NCBI GenBank assembly: GCA_036732165.1
Contig: DAINCX010000004.1
Location: 4,017-68,016, forward strand
Length of the DNA stretch: 64,000 bases
Direction of reading: 5' to 3'
From: Candidatus Dormiibacterota bacterium
GTDB lineage: Bacteria > Chloroflexota > Dormibacteria > CF-121
In this document: positions 46,624-58,653 of the stretch, piece by piece
Position numbering within the stretch: position 1 is the first letter of the stretch
Layout: each line of letters begins with the position of its first letter
Program-made: the position numbers and the translations under genes
Notes under the pieces: model-generated
Database searches by the model: none
What the model was told of the DNA's origin: nothing
The model's input: the letters and a program-made list of their open reading frames with translations, nothing else

Positions 46624-47556
46624 CTAGGTCAGGTGCAAAAAGGTGACGTAATAGTACACGACGACTCCGACGAGCAGGACGGAATCAATTCGATCGAGGA
46701 CACCCCCGTGGCCGGGGATGAGGTGGCTGGCATCCTTGACCCCGGCGCTGCGTTTGATCTGCGACTCGACCAGGTCGCCGATTTCCGCGAACACACCGAT
46801 GAGCAGCCCCAGGATCACGCTGTGGGGGAACCCGATGTTCCATAACGGCCCGACCAGGCCCATGAAGAGGCTTGTGGCCACCAATTCGGCGACGGCGCCT
46901 TCGACCGTCTTGCGCGGGCTGATTCGGGGAAAGAAGGGGTGGCGGCCGATCAGGGTCCCCACCAGCATGGCGACCGTGTCGCCAACCCAGATGGCCCCCA
47001 GGACGGTGATGACGGCCCCGAACCCGAGGTGGTTGGGGTCGGGCCGATGCAAGAAGTACAAGGCGATGTAAAAGCTCAGCAGGTAGCCGAGGTAGAGGCT
47101 GCCGCCGAGGGCGAGCGCCCAGCGAGTGAGGCTGAGCCGCCAGTCGCGGATGAAGACCTGCGTGCTCAAGCCAAGGACGGTGGCGGCGGCGAGCAGAAAC
47201 GTCAGGCTGGCCCAGCCGGGGAGCCGGTCATGGAAGAGCATCGCGTAACTGAGCGGCAACAGCAGCCACAGCGGGGCCGCCACACTCATGGCGCGGGTCA
47301 GCTGCCAGTATTCGTACACGGCGGCAGCCAGGATGACACCCGCCCCCAGGTAGACCCAGAAGGAGCCCGCAACCAGGGTCACGAGCACGAGGGCGATCAA
47401 GGCGGCGGCGGCGGCGATCCGCGCCAGCATGTTCGAACGGCGGCCCCGGGCGAGTCGCCCTTCGCGCGCCTCGGCTTCAGCGACCTCGATTGGAGACCTC
47501 CTCCGGGCGAGCTCCGAAGCGCCGCACCCGCCGCTGATACGCTGCCAGCGCTTCAT
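46624..47556 (-). CDS. cdsA: phosphatidate cytidylyltransferase
   Basis: C-terminal signature PGHGGVLDRIDS; polytopic. The 5' end overlaps uppS, so the true start is probably internal (about MLARIAAAAALIAL). Confidence 0.8.
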   Translation of the reverse strand: MKRWQRISGGCGASELARRRSPIEVAEAEAREGRLARGRRSNMLARIAAAAALIALVLVTLVAGSFWVYLGAGVILAAAVYEYWQLTRAMSVAAPLWLLLPLSYAMLFHDRLPGWASLTFLLAAATVLGLSTQVFIRDWRLSLTRWALALGGSLYLGYLLSFYIALYFLHRPDPNHLGFGAVITVLGAIWVGDTVAMLVGTLIGRHPFFPRISPRKTVEGAVAELVATSLFMGLVGPLWNIGFPHSVILGLLIGVFAEIGDLVESQIKRSAGVKDASHLIPGHGGVLDRIDSVLLVGVVVYYYVTFLHLT

Positions 47557-48199
47557 CGAGGTCGGCTTCGCCGAAGTCAGGCCAGAGGGTCCCCGTGCTA
47601 TAGAACTCGGAGTAGGCCGCTTGCCACAGCAGGAAATTGCTGAGGCGCATCTCCCCCGCCGTTCGGATCACCAGGTCCGGGTCCGGCAGGCCACGGGTGT
47701 ACAGGTGCGCCGCCACGCTCTGTTCATCCAGGCGGGTCAGATCCGCGCCCTGTGACGCCAGCTCCCGCACCGCGTCGATGATCTCGCCGCGGCCGCCGTA
47801 GTTGATCGCAATGTTGAGCACCGCACGAGCCCCCACGCGGGTCCGGTCGTTGGCCTGCCGGATCTGGTCCTGGAGGGCCGTACTCAGCTCGTGCAGCCGG
47901 CCGGAGAACCGCAGCTCAATGCCGCGGCGCGCCAATTCGTCGACTTCTCGACGAATGCTTTCGGAAAAGAGGCTCATCAGGGCATCCACTTCATCGCGGG
48001 GCCGCGACCAGTTCTCGGTGGAAAAGGCGTACACGGTCAGAACCCGAATGCCTCGCCGGTCGGCGGCGTCCGCGACGCGCCGAATCGATTCAATCCCGGC
48101 TTTGTGACCCATCACCCGCGGCAGGAATCGCTCGCGGGCCCAGCGACTGTTGCCGTCCATGATGATCGCGACATGCTGGGGGGGCGGCAGCGGGTTCAC
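47477..48199 (-). CDS. uppS: undecaprenyl-diphosphate synthase (cis-isoprenyl transferase)
   Basis: HVAIIMDGNSRWA motif; 240 aa. Confidence 0.88.
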   Translation of the reverse strand: MNPLPPPQHVAIIMDGNSRWARERFLPRVMGHKAGIESIRRVADAADRRGIRVLTVYAFSTENWSRPRDEVDALMSLFSESIRREVDELARRGIELRFSGRLHELSTALQDQIRQANDRTRVGARAVLNIAINYGGRGEIIDAVRELASQGADLTRLDEQSVAAHLYTRGLPDPDLVIRTAGEMRLSNFLLWQAAYSEFYSTGTLWPDFGEADLDEALAAYQRRVRRFGARPEEVSNRGR

Positions 48200-48210
48200 A
48201 GATGTCCTGC

Positions 48211-50107
<1,897 letters not shown>

Positions 50108-50944
50108 CTACTTCTCGTCGTCCAGGGATTCGTCCTCGTAGAACTCGGCCTCGTCGATCGTGGGCATCCCCGCCAGGCCCTTCTCGTCCTCTTCCTCTTC
50201 GTCCTCGGCGAACTCGAACTCGGTCACCGGGACCTCGGGCGCAGCGGTCAGTTCGTCCGGGCTGATCAGTTGACGCGCTTCGAGGGCCGCGTCCGCGATT
50301 TTCGAGGTGATCAGCTTGACCGCGCGGATCGCATCGTCGTTGCCGGGGATGACGTGGTCGATCTCATCCGGGTCGCAGTTCGAGTCGGTGATCGCCACCA
50401 GCGGGATCCCCAATTTGCGCGCCTCGGTGACGGCGATGTGCTCTTTGCGGGGGTCGACCACATAGACCGCCCCGGGGAGCCGCTTCATGTCCGACATGCC
50501 GCCGAAGAATCGTTCCAGACGCTGGTATTCCTCCTCGAGCTGGGTGATCGCCTTCTTGCTGCCAGTGAAGCCGCCGTTATTGCGGGTGGCTCGCAGGCTG
50601 TTGAGACGGTCGATCTGGCGGCGCATGACCGTGAAGTTCGTCAGCATGCCACCCATCCAGCGGTGGTTCACAAACGGCATGCCTGAACGCCGAGCCTCGA
50701 GCTCGATGGATTCCTGGGCCTGCTTCTTCGTGCCCACGAACAGGACCGTCCGGCCTGTCCCCACGACATCCTTCACCCAGGTCGACGCGTCGTCCAGCAG
50801 CTTGACCGTCTGCTGCAGATCGATGATGTGAATCCCATTTCGCGCGGTGAAGATGTACCGCTTCATCTTGGGATTCCAGCGGCTGGTCTGGTGGCCGAAG
50901 TGGACCCCGGCCTCGAGCAGCTGCTTGAGCGTGACGAGTGGCAT
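50108..50944 (-). CDS. rpsB: 30S ribosomal protein S2
   Basis: [26 protein letters not shown]-terminus with AAGGAGG SD 8 nt upstream. The longest ORF's 79-aa N-terminal extension overlaps topA and is spurious. There is an acidic C-terminal tail. Confidence 0.9.
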   Translation of the reverse strand: MPLVTLKQLLEAGVHFGHQTSRWNPKMKRYIFTARNGIHIIDLQQTVKLLDDASTWVKDVVGTGRTVLFVGTKKQAQESIELEARRSGMPFVNHRWMGGMLTNFTVMRRQIDRLNSLRATRNNGGFTGSKKAITQLEEEYQRLERFFGGMSDMKRLPGAVYVVDPRKEHIAVTEARKLGIPLVAITDSNCDPDEIDHVIPGNDDAIRAVKLITSKIADAALEARQLISPDELTAAPEVPVTEFEFAEDEEEEDEKGLAGMPTIDEAEFYEDESLDDEK

Positions 50945-51062
50945 ACGAACGTCCTCCTTGTTTTGACGCCTCCGCCTCCGTCCTCCGGCCGCCGGACCCC
51001 TCGGGCAACCCGGCACGCCGTCAGGAGGCGTGTTTATTCCGCGGCCCTGAGTATAACCTGCG

Positions 51063-53393
51063 CTACGCCGCCGGCGCGGTTGACTTCTTCGCGCGCGCGC
51101 CGCGAGGCGGTCGGGTGCTGGTCCTGACAGCGCGTTCCGGCTTGCAGGCCGGATAGTCGGAACAGCTCTTGAAGTCGCCATACTTCCCCTTGCGCATCAC
51201 CTGGGGCTTGCCGCAACGCGGGCATGGATCGTCCAGCAGCAGTTCACTCGGCCGCGGAGCCGTGACGACTTTCGCCCCGCCCTCGAGATACCGGCACTGC
51301 GGATACCCGGAGCAGCCGATGAAACTACCGAAGCGACCGGTTCGGTTCAGCAGCGCCTTGCCGCACTTGGGGCAGATGCGGTCGGGGACGACATCCTCGG
51401 GCTTGATCTCACGCTTGACGTAGCGACATTTCGGATAGCCGGAGCAGGCGACAAAGGGGCCATTCTTGCCAGTCCGCTCGACGAGCGGCTTGCCGCAGGT
51501 CGGGCACGGCTCCCCGGTCGGTTTCGGCGGCGGGGCTTTCTCCTGGCCCTCGCGGCCCTGGATGTAATCGCAAGTCGGGTAGAGCGAACACCCGACGAAC
51601 TCGCCCATCTTGCTCATGCGATAGACGAGCCGCCCATCGCGACCCTCCTCCTTACATTTCGGGCAATCCTCACCGGTCTCCCGCATCGGGACCTTGACGC
51701 GCTCCGTCGCTTCGGCTTTGGTCAGGGTTTTGAGGAAGGGCTTGAAGAACTCGCGGACGATCGGGACCCACTGGCGGCGCCCCTCTTCGACGTCGTCGAG
51801 CTCCTCCTCCATCTCGGCCGTGAAGCCGGCATCGACGATGTCCGGAAAGTGCTCGATCAACCAGCTATTCACCGTCTTCCCGAGGTCGGTCGGCCGGAGC
51901 CGCCGCTCCTCCTGCTGGACGTAGTGACGGGTTTGGATCACGTCGATGGTCGGGGCGAAGGTACTGGGGCGGCCGACGCCCACCTCTTCGAGCGCTTTGA
52001 TCAACGAGGCTTCCGAATACCGAGGCGGGGGCTGTGTGAAGTGCTGCTCCGGCTTCAGCTCCCGCAGGTTGAGCGCCTCCCCGACCGTTAGCAGCGGCAA
52101 CTCCTTCTCTTCGTCGTTGTCGCTGTCCCGCTCCCAGACCCGGTAGAAGCCATCGAAGACGAGCACCGACCCGGCCGCGCGGAACAGGTAGTCACCGCCG
52201 GCAATGTCGGCGCGAGTCTGGGCGAATCGCGCCGGCGACATCTGGCTCGCGGTGTACCGCTGCCAGATCAGCCGATACAGCTTGAGCTGGTCGGGCGTCA
52301 GAAAGTTCTTGACCGACTCCGGTGTCCGCGCCACATCGGTCGGGCGGATCGCCTCATGGGCATCCTGCACCGTCCCCTTGGCTTTCCATTCCGCGCGATC
52401 GCGCCGCGCGTAGGTTGGCCCGTATTCATCGGTGATGAACCGGCGCGTTTGGCTGACGGCCTCTTCGGAGATCCGGAAGGAATCGGTTCGCATGTAGGTG
52501 ATCAGACCGACCGGTCCCTGGCTCCCCAGCTCGATGCCCTCATAGAGCTGCTGCGCCAGGCTCATGGTGCGGTTCGGCTTGAAGCGGAGCCGGTTCGATG
52601 CGTCCTGCTGCAGCGTGCTCGTCTTGTACGGTGGCGGCGCATTCCGCATGCTGTCCTTGGTCTCGATCGACAGCACGCGATAGCTCGCGCCGTCCAGCCA
52701 CGCCATGATGTCGCGGACCTGCGGCTCCTCTTTGAGGTCGATCTTGTCCTCGCCCTGCTTGCCGATGAAGCGTGCGGGGAACACGCGCTGCGGGAGGTCG
52801 CCCTTGGCCAGCATGGCGTCGAGGGTCCAGGACTCGACGGGCCTGAATTTCTCGATCTCCTCCTCGCGCTCGCAGACGAGCCGAACGGCCACGGACTGGA
52901 CGCGGCCGGCGCTGAGCCCCTTGCGGATCTTCTTCCACAAGAGCGGGCTGAGCTTGTAGCCCACGAGCCGGTCGATGACCCGCCGAGCCTGCTGGGCATC
53001 CACCAGGTCCTGATTGATCGGGCGCAGCGCGAGCAGCGCTTTTTCGACCGCCGTCGGCGTGATCTCGTGCAACTCGATGCGTCGTGGATCCTTGAGCTTG
53101 AGGACATTCGCGAGGTGCCAGGCAATCGCCTCACCCTCGCGGTCCGGGTCTGAGGCGAGCAGCACCTCGGAAGCGTCCTTGGCGGCCGCCTTGAGATCCC
53201 TGATGGTGGCCTCCTTTCCCGGGATGGTCACGTAATCGGGCTTGAAGGCATCATCCAGATCGATCCCCAGGGTGCTCTTGGGAAGATCGCGCACATGCCC
53301 CATCGAGGCGCGGATATCGTATTTGCCTCCGAGGAAGCGGCCAAGGGTCTTGGCCTTGGCTGGTGACTCAACGATGATCAGGGGGTTTGCCAT
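51063..53393 (-). CDS. topA: DNA topoisomerase I with C-terminal zinc-ribbon repeats
   Basis: TOPRIM N-terminus ([18 protein letters not shown]), catalytic Tyr region, three or more C4 zinc ribbons in the C-terminus; 776 aa. Confidence 0.92.
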   Translation of the reverse strand: MANPLIIVESPAKAKTLGRFLGGKYDIRASMGHVRDLPKSTLGIDLDDAFKPDYVTIPGKEATIRDLKAAAKDASEVLLASDPDREGEAIAWHLANVLKLKDPRRIELHEITPTAVEKALLALRPINQDLVDAQQARRVIDRLVGYKLSPLLWKKIRKGLSAGRVQSVAVRLVCEREEEIEKFRPVESWTLDAMLAKGDLPQRVFPARFIGKQGEDKIDLKEEPQVRDIMAWLDGASYRVLSIETKDSMRNAPPPYKTSTLQQDASNRLRFKPNRTMSLAQQLYEGIELGSQGPVGLITYMRTDSFRISEEAVSQTRRFITDEYGPTYARRDRAEWKAKGTVQDAHEAIRPTDVARTPESVKNFLTPDQLKLYRLIWQRYTASQMSPARFAQTRADIAGGDYLFRAAGSVLVFDGFYRVWERDSDNDEEKELPLLTVGEALNLRELKPEQHFTQPPPRYSEASLIKALEEVGVGRPSTFAPTIDVIQTRHYVQQEERRLRPTDLGKTVNSWLIEHFPDIVDAGFTAEMEEELDDVEEGRRQWVPIVREFFKPFLKTLTKAEATERVKVPMRETGEDCPKCKEEGRDGRLVYRMSKMGEFVGCSLYPTCDYIQGREGQEKAPPPKPTGEPCPTCGKPLVERTGKNGPFVACSGYPKCRYVKREIKPEDVVPDRICPKCGKALLNRTGRFGSFIGCSGYPQCRYLEGGAKVVTAPRPSELLLDDPCPRCGKPQVMRKGKYGDFKSCSDYPACKPERAVRTSTRPPRGARAKKSTAPAA

Positions 53394-53396
53394 TTC

Positions 53397-54284
53397 TTAG
53401 TCTCGTGGGCGGCGGGTGACGCCGCCGCAGTCGCCGATTATATAGTTGCCCATTTCCAATAATGTCAAGCGCCGGCTCACTTCTTTGCTGTCCAGGCGCA
53501 TCGCGGCGGCCAGATCATCATGATGGCGCGGTTCTACCCAATCGAGCAATTCCCAAACGGCTGCAAGCTCGGGTTCTGCGGGTCCCGAAGCCGCGCGCGT
53601 GCGCGCGCGCGTACGCGCGCGAGCCGCCGGCACAACCGACGCCAGCTCAGGAAATTCCTCCAGCACATCCTCAACTGTTTGCACCAGCTTCGCGCCGTCT
53701 TTGAGCAGCCGATGCGGGCCGGCGGCGACCGGATTGTCGATGCTTCCTGGCACGCAGAAGACCTCGCGGTTTCCTTCCAACGCCATGCGGGCGGTGATCA
53801 GGGCGCCGCTGCGCTCGGCCGCCTCCACGACCACCACCCCAAGGCTCATGCCACTGATGATTCGGTTGCGCACGGGGAATCGACTCGGCAGCGGTGGTGT
53901 CCCGGCCTCCGCCTCAGTCAGCACCGCGCCGGTGGCGGCAATGTCGCGCGCCAACTCCGCATGCTCAGGGGGGTAGATCCGATCGATCCCGGTGGCCAGC
54001 ACGGCGACGGTGGGGGTCGGCCCTTGCAGCGCGCCGCGATGAGCGGCGGCATCGATCCCGCGGGCCAGGCCACTGACCACCACGACGCCGACCCTGGAGA
54101 GGTCGCGCGCGAGTCGCTGCGCGGTCCGAAGCCCATAGGGGGTGGCGCGGCGCGAACCGACGACCGCGATCATCGGCCCAGCCGGAATACGCCCGTCGAC
54201 ATAGAGATGGTCCGGAGGATCGAAAATCTCTTGCAACAGCGTCGGGTAGGACGGGTGATGCCGGTCGATGCAGGTGACGGTCAT
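53397..54284 (-). CDS. dprA: DNA processing protein DprA (Smf)
   Basis: Rossmann-like IAVVGSRRATPYG...VVVSGLARGIDAAAHRGAL; 295 aa. Confidence 0.85.
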   Translation of the reverse strand: MTVTCIDRHHPSYPTLLQEIFDPPDHLYVDGRIPAGPMIAVVGSRRATPYGLRTAQRLARDLSRVGVVVVSGLARGIDAAAHRGALQGPTPTVAVLATGIDRIYPPEHAELARDIAATGAVLTEAEAGTPPLPSRFPVRNRIISGMSLGVVVVEAAERSGALITARMALEGNREVFCVPGSIDNPVAAGPHRLLKDGAKLVQTVEDVLEEFPELASVVPAARARTRARTRAASGPAEPELAAVWELLDWVEPRHHDDLAAAMRLDSKEVSRRLTLLEMGNYIIGDCGGVTRRPRD

Positions 54285-55792
54285 CCACTCTCGCGATATT
54301 GCAAGGCTTCGGCGACATGGGCGACCTCGATATCAGACGCGGCCTCGAGGTCGGCGATGGTTCGGGCCACGCGGATGACTCGGTGGATGGCGCGCCCACT
54401 GAGATGGAGACGTTCGGCGGCGATTTCCAGCAGATCGCGGGCGGCGGCAGGAAGGGCGACATCGCGACGGACCGCGGTCCCGCCCAAGGCGCCGTTCAGC
54501 GGACCATGTGGCCGGCGAGCCCGCTGGCGGGCGCGGGCCTCCACCACGCGCTCCCGCACGACGGCACTCGATTCCCCCGATTGCGAGGGGGCCAACAGCT
54601 CCCCGGCCGGCTGGCGGGAAACACTGACCTGGAGGTCGATTCGGTCGCGGATGGGCCCCGAAATCCGATCGCGGTAGCGCGCCCGCGCGAGTGGTGAGCA
54701 GTCGCAGCCACGGCGAGGGTCACCGGCAAAGCCGCAGGGGCACGGATTGGCCGCCGCGACCAGGATGAAGCGTCCCGGAAGCACGGCGTGGCCGCGGGTC
54801 CGCGCCACCGCCAGGCGACCTTCCTCGAGGGGCTGACGCAGCGACTCAAGCGCATCCCGGCGGAACTCCGCGAACTCGTCCAGGAAGAGCACCCCCCGAT
54901 GCGCCCTCGTCACTTCGCCTGGCTGCGGGACGCTGCCGCCACCTCCGATCAGGCCGGCGGGCGAGATGGTGTGATGCGGCGCGCGGAAGGGTGCCGTCTC
55001 CTGCAGTCCCGCGCCCGCGGGGAGGAGCCCGAGGCACGAGGCGATCGTCGTCACCTCGAGGGCCTCGGGTGGCGTGAGCGGGGGAAGGATCCCAGGAAGG
55101 GCCCGTGCCAACAGGGTCTTGCCGGCGCCGGGCGGTCCGACCAATAAAAGATGATGCGCGCCGGCCGCGGCGATCTCGAGGGCTCGCCTCGCGTGCGGTT
55201 GGCCACAGAAGTCGGCCAGGTCGACGGGCTCGGGGGACAAGGACTCCACCGGCGTGATGGGGGCGGCGGCGACGTCGGGGAGGGGCGCCCCGTCTCGCCA
55301 GTGGCTGATCAATTCCCGGAGGTGGCTCACGGGCACCACCGGTCGACCGGTGGCCAGCCGGGTCTCCCGCACGTTGGCCGCCGGAACGACGAAGCGGCGC
55401 GCTCCGAGCCGGTCCAGGTGGGCCGTGATGGCCAGCGAGCCCCGTACGCCGCGGACGCTCCCGTCCAGGGCCAGTTCGCCCAGCCAGGCCACATCCGTGG
55501 GGAGGTCCCGCTCCATGGCAGCGCTGACGATGGCGGCGGCCATGGCCAGGTCGAACCCACTGCCCAATTTCGGTAGCTGCGCGGGAGCGAGGTTGACCGT
55601 CACCTTTCGCCCCGGAAACTGATAGCCGCTGTTATTGATGGCGATCTTGACGCGCTCGCGGGCTTCCTGCAGGGCGCGGTCACCGAGCCCCACGATATGG
55701 AAACCGGGAAGACCCTCGGCAATGTCGGCTTCGACGTCGATCCGGACGCCGTCGAGTCCAAAGATGGTGCCGCACAGGGCGCGGGCGAGCAT
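54281..55792 (-). CDS. comM: YifB/ComM-family Mg-chelatase-like AAA+ ATPase
   Basis: N-terminal Lon-protease-like domain, Walker A LLLVGPPGAGKT, arginine finger; 503 aa. Confidence 0.85.
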   Translation of the reverse strand: MLARALCGTIFGLDGVRIDVEADIAEGLPGFHIVGLGDRALQEARERVKIAINNSGYQFPGRKVTVNLAPAQLPKLGSGFDLAMAAAIVSAAMERDLPTDVAWLGELALDGSVRGVRGSLAITAHLDRLGARRFVVPAANVRETRLATGRPVVPVSHLRELISHWRDGAPLPDVAAAPITPVESLSPEPVDLADFCGQPHARRALEIAAAGAHHLLLVGPPGAGKTLLARALPGILPPLTPPEALEVTTIASCLGLLPAGAGLQETAPFRAPHHTISPAGLIGGGGSVPQPGEVTRAHRGVLFLDEFAEFRRDALESLRQPLEEGRLAVARTRGHAVLPGRFILVAAANPCPCGFAGDPRRGCDCSPLARARYRDRISGPIRDRIDLQVSVSRQPAGELLAPSQSGESSAVVRERVVEARARQRARRPHGPLNGALGGTAVRRDVALPAAARDLLEIAAERLHLSGRAIHRVIRVARTIADLEAASDIEVAHVAEALQYRESG

Positions 55793-55866
55793 GCCGACCT
55801 AGATTACACTATTTTGTGTATCGGCCTATGCATACATGACGCTCGGGCGGCCACAATGGAGCGGCG
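55793..55866. promoter_or_regulatory. divergent intergenic region (lower GC) between comM and the plus-strand acetyltransferase gene, likely bidirectional promoters
   Basis: Only strand switch in the window; AT-richer tract agattacactattttgtgtatcggcctatgcatacat with TTGTGT and TGTAAT-like hexamers. Confidence 0.3.
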
Positions 55867-56424
55867 ATGCAGTGGAAACGCGCGGTGGCCCGCGCCCTGG
55901 GCTGGCTCACCACCCTCCCCTATCGCCGGCCTGGGTCACGGGTGAGGATCGGCGCCGGGGTGCTGGGAAACGGTCGCCTTCGGATCATCGGCCCAGGGCA
56001 GGTGGTGCTCGAGGATGACGTCAACGCCTGGTCCCACGCCGAGCCCAACCGGCTGATCACGACGCGCCAACAAGCCACCATCCGGATTGGCCGCAATGCC
56101 CGGCTCAACGGGTGCACGCTCGTGGCGGCCGACCGCATCGAGGTGGGCGCCGATTGCGTGCTCGGGTCCTGCGAGGTCCGCGACCATCTTCCTGACGAGG
56201 CCCCGGGCGCCAGCCGACACCAGCAGGCCGAGCCGAGCGCGGTCGTGCTCGAAGACAACGTGTGGATCGGCGGACAGGTCTCCGTCCTTCCCGGCGTCCG
56301 CATCGGACGGAACTCGGTCGTCGGGATTCACGCCGTGGTCTTCGACCCGGTCCCGCCGGATGTCATCGTGGCCGGCAATCCCGCGCGAGTGATCCGCAGC
56401 CTGGGATTCCCCGCCGAGGGATAA
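55867..56424 (+). CDS. hexapeptide-repeat (left-handed beta-helix) acyl/acetyltransferase
   Basis: NVWIGGQVSVLPGVRIGRNSVVGIHAVVF...VAGNPARVIR is typical of LbH O-acetyltransferases; 185 aa. Confidence 0.7.
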   Translation: MQWKRAVARALGWLTTLPYRRPGSRVRIGAGVLGNGRLRIIGPGQVVLEDDVNAWSHAEPNRLITTRQQATIRIGRNARLNGCTLVAADRIEVGADCVLGSCEVRDHLPDEAPGASRHQQAEPSAVVLEDNVWIGGQVSVLPGVRIGRNSVVGIHAVVFDPVPPDVIVAGNPARVIRSLGFPAEG

Positions 56425-56433
56425 TCGAAAACA

Positions 56434-56619
56434 GTGAAGGCAAACCCACCGCCCCCGACCTGCGACCAGTGCAAGCGCATGCCACGCTGGGAGCGCCTCA
56501 CCGGGCCCGATCGTGAGGTCCACCTGGACGACGGCCGCATCGTGGTCCGTCGAGGTCAGGTTTGGGTCTGTCCCCACTGTGGGCACAGCACGCCGGTCTC
56601 GTTCGAGGCCTGGACCTGA
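56434..56619 (+). CDS. possible small zinc-ribbon protein (CxxC...CxxC)
   Basis: 61-aa GTG-start ORF with CDQC and CPHC pairs 32 residues apart. It overlaps the 5' end of the NUDIX ORF, so only one of the two overlapping readings is likely real. Confidence 0.3.
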   Translation: MKANPPPPTCDQCKRMPRWERLTGPDREVHLDDGRIVVRRGQVWVCPHCGHSTPVSFEAWT

Positions 56620-57221
56620 TCGAAGCCGGGACCGCTCGAACCCTGGAGCTGCTCGCGGCCACCCTCGAGGCTCGACGTCCACGCCGCCTGGACGCCGCGC
56701 CGCCCCTCTTGCGAGCCGGCGTCTTGATCCCGATCTTTCATTCCGGGAACGCCCCCGAGGTCCTCTTCACCCGACGGACCGACACGGTGCTGACCCATAA
56801 AGGTCAGATCTCGTTTCCCGGGGGCCAGCGGGAGCCGACCGACGCCAGCATGGTGGAAACGGCCCTCCGTGAAAGCTACGAAGAGATCGGGCTGGACCCC
56901 GCCCGGGTCGTCGTCCTGGGGGAGCTCGACGACGTCTTCACCTCGGTGAGCGGCTTCGTCGTGACCCCGGTCATCGGCGTGGTGCGGGACGGCCTGCAAG
57001 ACCTCGTCCCGGCACCGGCCGAGGTGAGGAGCGTGTTCACCGTGCCCGTCGACCAGCTCCGCGATGAGCGGGTTCACACGACGCAGACGCGCGAGGTCGA
57101 TGGGCAGCGATACCGCATCCACTATTACACCGTCGGCGACGATGTGATCTGGGGCGCAACCGGGTACATCGTCCACCAGTTCCTGGGGGCCTGGGACCAC
57201 GCGGTCCTGGGGAAGTCTTAG
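56562..57221 (+). CDS. NUDIX hydrolase, CoA pyrophosphatase-like
   Basis: LFTRRTDTVLTHKGQISFPGG plus Nudix box (REPTDASMVETALRESYEEIGL); 219 aa; start may be downstream of 56562. Confidence 0.75.
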   Translation: MGLSPLWAQHAGLVRGLDLIEAGTARTLELLAATLEARRPRRLDAAPPLLRAGVLIPIFHSGNAPEVLFTRRTDTVLTHKGQISFPGGQREPTDASMVETALRESYEEIGLDPARVVVLGELDDVFTSVSGFVVTPVIGVVRDGLQDLVPAPAEVRSVFTVPVDQLRDERVHTTQTREVDGQRYRIHYYTVGDDVIWGATGYIVHQFLGAWDHAVLGKS

Positions 57222-57640
57222 TCGATGGCGTTCTTGATGTGGTCGACGCGTAGCAGCCTGCCCGCCCGCACCGTCAAGCCGATCACGTCGAAGCGCACCG
57301 GGCCCCGATGGGGCGCCTGTTTCAGGTAATAGAGCGCGAGCTGACGGAGCTTTCGAATCTTTCGGGCATCGACCGCCTCCTGGGGCAGTCCAAAGCCGTG
57401 ACCCGCCCTCGTCTTGACTTCGACGAAGACCAGCGTGGGCCCGTCGCTGGCAACCAGGTCGAGCTGACCGATCGGCGTGCGCACGTCACGGGCGACGATG
57501 CCGTAACCGAGCCCCCGCAAGTGATCCTCGGCGAGCGCCTCGCCGCTAGTCCCAAGGGCTGACGGCAAAGGCGGCGGCCTCCAGCTCCGCGCGGACCCGG
57601 ATGGAGATGAATGAGCGTCGATGCAGGGGCGTGAGCCCAT
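57218..57640 (-). CDS. yraN: YraN-family (UPF0102) endonuclease-like protein
   Basis: [22 protein letters not shown]...GQLDLVASDG..LVFVEVKTR signature. The N-terminal about 28 codons overlap rnhB and are probably not translated. Confidence 0.7.
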   Translation of the reverse strand: MGSRPCIDAHSSPSGSARSWRPPPLPSALGTSGEALAEDHLRGLGYGIVARDVRTPIGQLDLVASDGPTLVFVEVKTRAGHGFGLPQEAVDARKIRKLRQLALYYLKQAPHRGPVRFDVIGLTVRAGRLLRVDHIKNAID

Positions 57641-58253
57641 GGCGGTCCATCGCGGTCAGATGCTCCGGAGTGGGATACCCCTTGTGCGTCTCGAAGCCGT
57701 ACCGAGGGAACTGTTCGGCGGTGCGGATCATCAGGCGGTCGCGCGTCACCTTCGCCAGGATGCCGCCCGACATGATCGAGATGGAGCGGCGATCGCCCTT
57801 GACGATGGGCAGCTGCGGCATCAGCGCTTCGGGCAGGGTGAAGCCGTCGACGAGCAGGTAGTCGAGGCGGCGGTTCAACTGCTGGAGGGCGATGCCCATC
57901 GCCCAGCGCGCGGCTCGGGCCACCCCGACGCGATCGATCTCGTCGACTTCGACGATGCCCACCCCCCAGGCTTCCGCTCCCTCCAGGATGCGATCGTAGT
58001 AATGGTCGCGCTCCTTCGCGGTCAGCAGCTTGGAGTCGTCGATCCCCTCGCAATGGAAATACGGCCGCATGATGGCGGCGCCGGCCACCACCGGTCCGGC
58101 CCAGGGGCCTCGTCCGGCTTCGTCGACCCCGGCGACGATGCCGTAGCCGAGGCCGAAAGCCTGCCGTTCGAAGACCCAGAGGTCCCGGTCAGCTTTCGGT
58201 CGTTTCGTCCGGCTGGTCGGGGGCCGCGCTGGCTGCGGGCGCGCTACTGGCAA
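57546..58253 (-). CDS. rnhB: ribonuclease HII
   Basis: [22 protein letters not shown] catalytic motif. The longest ORF (to 58487) has a spurious Arg/Pro-rich N-terminus. The plausible start is the TTG at about 58253 (GGAG 11 nt upstream), overlapping the rplS C-terminal extension. Confidence 0.8.
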   Translation of the reverse strand: MPVARPQPARPPTSRTKRPKADRDLWVFERQAFGLGYGIVAGVDEAGRGPWAGPVVAGAAIMRPYFHCEGIDDSKLLTAKERDHYYDRILEGAEAWGVGIVEVDEIDRVGVARAARWAMGIALQQLNRRLDYLLVDGFTLPEALMPQLPIVKGDRRSISIMSGGILAKVTRDRLMIRTAEQFPRYGFETHKGYPTPEHLTAMDRHGLTPLHRRSFISIRVRAELEAAAFAVSPWD

Positions 58254-58626
58254 CGGTCTGGCGTTTCTCCCGGATGCGTGCGCTCTTCCCCACTTTCCCT
58301 CGCAGGTAGTAGAGCTTGGCCCGGCGCACTTTTCCATGACGGACCACGTCGATCTTGTCGATGCGCGGCGAGTGCAGTAGGAAGCTCCGCTCGACGCCCA
58401 CGCCGTGGGCGATGCGGCGGACGGTGAAGATCTGTTTGACCCCGCTGCCACGGCACCCGATGACGGTGCCCTCGAAGATCTGGACACGTTCCCGGGTGCC
58501 TTCGACGACCTTGGCGTGCACCTTGACGGTGTCGCCCGGGGTCAGGACCGAAACCTTGAGATTTTTCCGCTCGCTTTCAGCATCGAGCAGGTCGAGTACG
58601 TTGGGCACGGCTCCAAAGGATACCAC
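58189..58626 (-). CDS. rplS: 50S ribosomal protein L19 (with about 20-aa C-terminal extension)
   Basis: [27 protein letters not shown]...[11 protein letters not shown]19 signature. Confidence 0.88.
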   Translation of the reverse strand: MVSFGAVPNVLDLLDAESERKNLKVSVLTPGDTVKVHAKVVEGTRERVQIFEGTVIGCRGSGVKQIFTVRRIAHGVGVERSFLLHSPRIDKIDVVRHGKVRRAKLYYLRGKVGKSARIREKRQTVASSAPAASAAPDQPDETTES

Positions 58627-58653
58627 CCGTGACGCAAACCGGACCCGGCTCGG

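Noticed and set aside
50945-51181. Long N-terminal extensions on rpsB (79 aa), ffh (33 aa), rimM (112 aa), rnhB (about 78 aa), ksgA (71 aa) and cdsA in the longest-ORF track
   Set aside because: The extensions are Arg/Pro-rich and overlap upstream genes. Conserved family N-termini with RBS-like sequences (for example AAGGAGG before rpsB MPLVTLK) define shorter, canonical starts.
58189-58487. Translational fusion or frameshift joining L19 to RNase HII
   Set aside because: The reading frames differ, and a plausible TTG start with an SD sequence exists for rnhB within the overlap. There is no slippery site.
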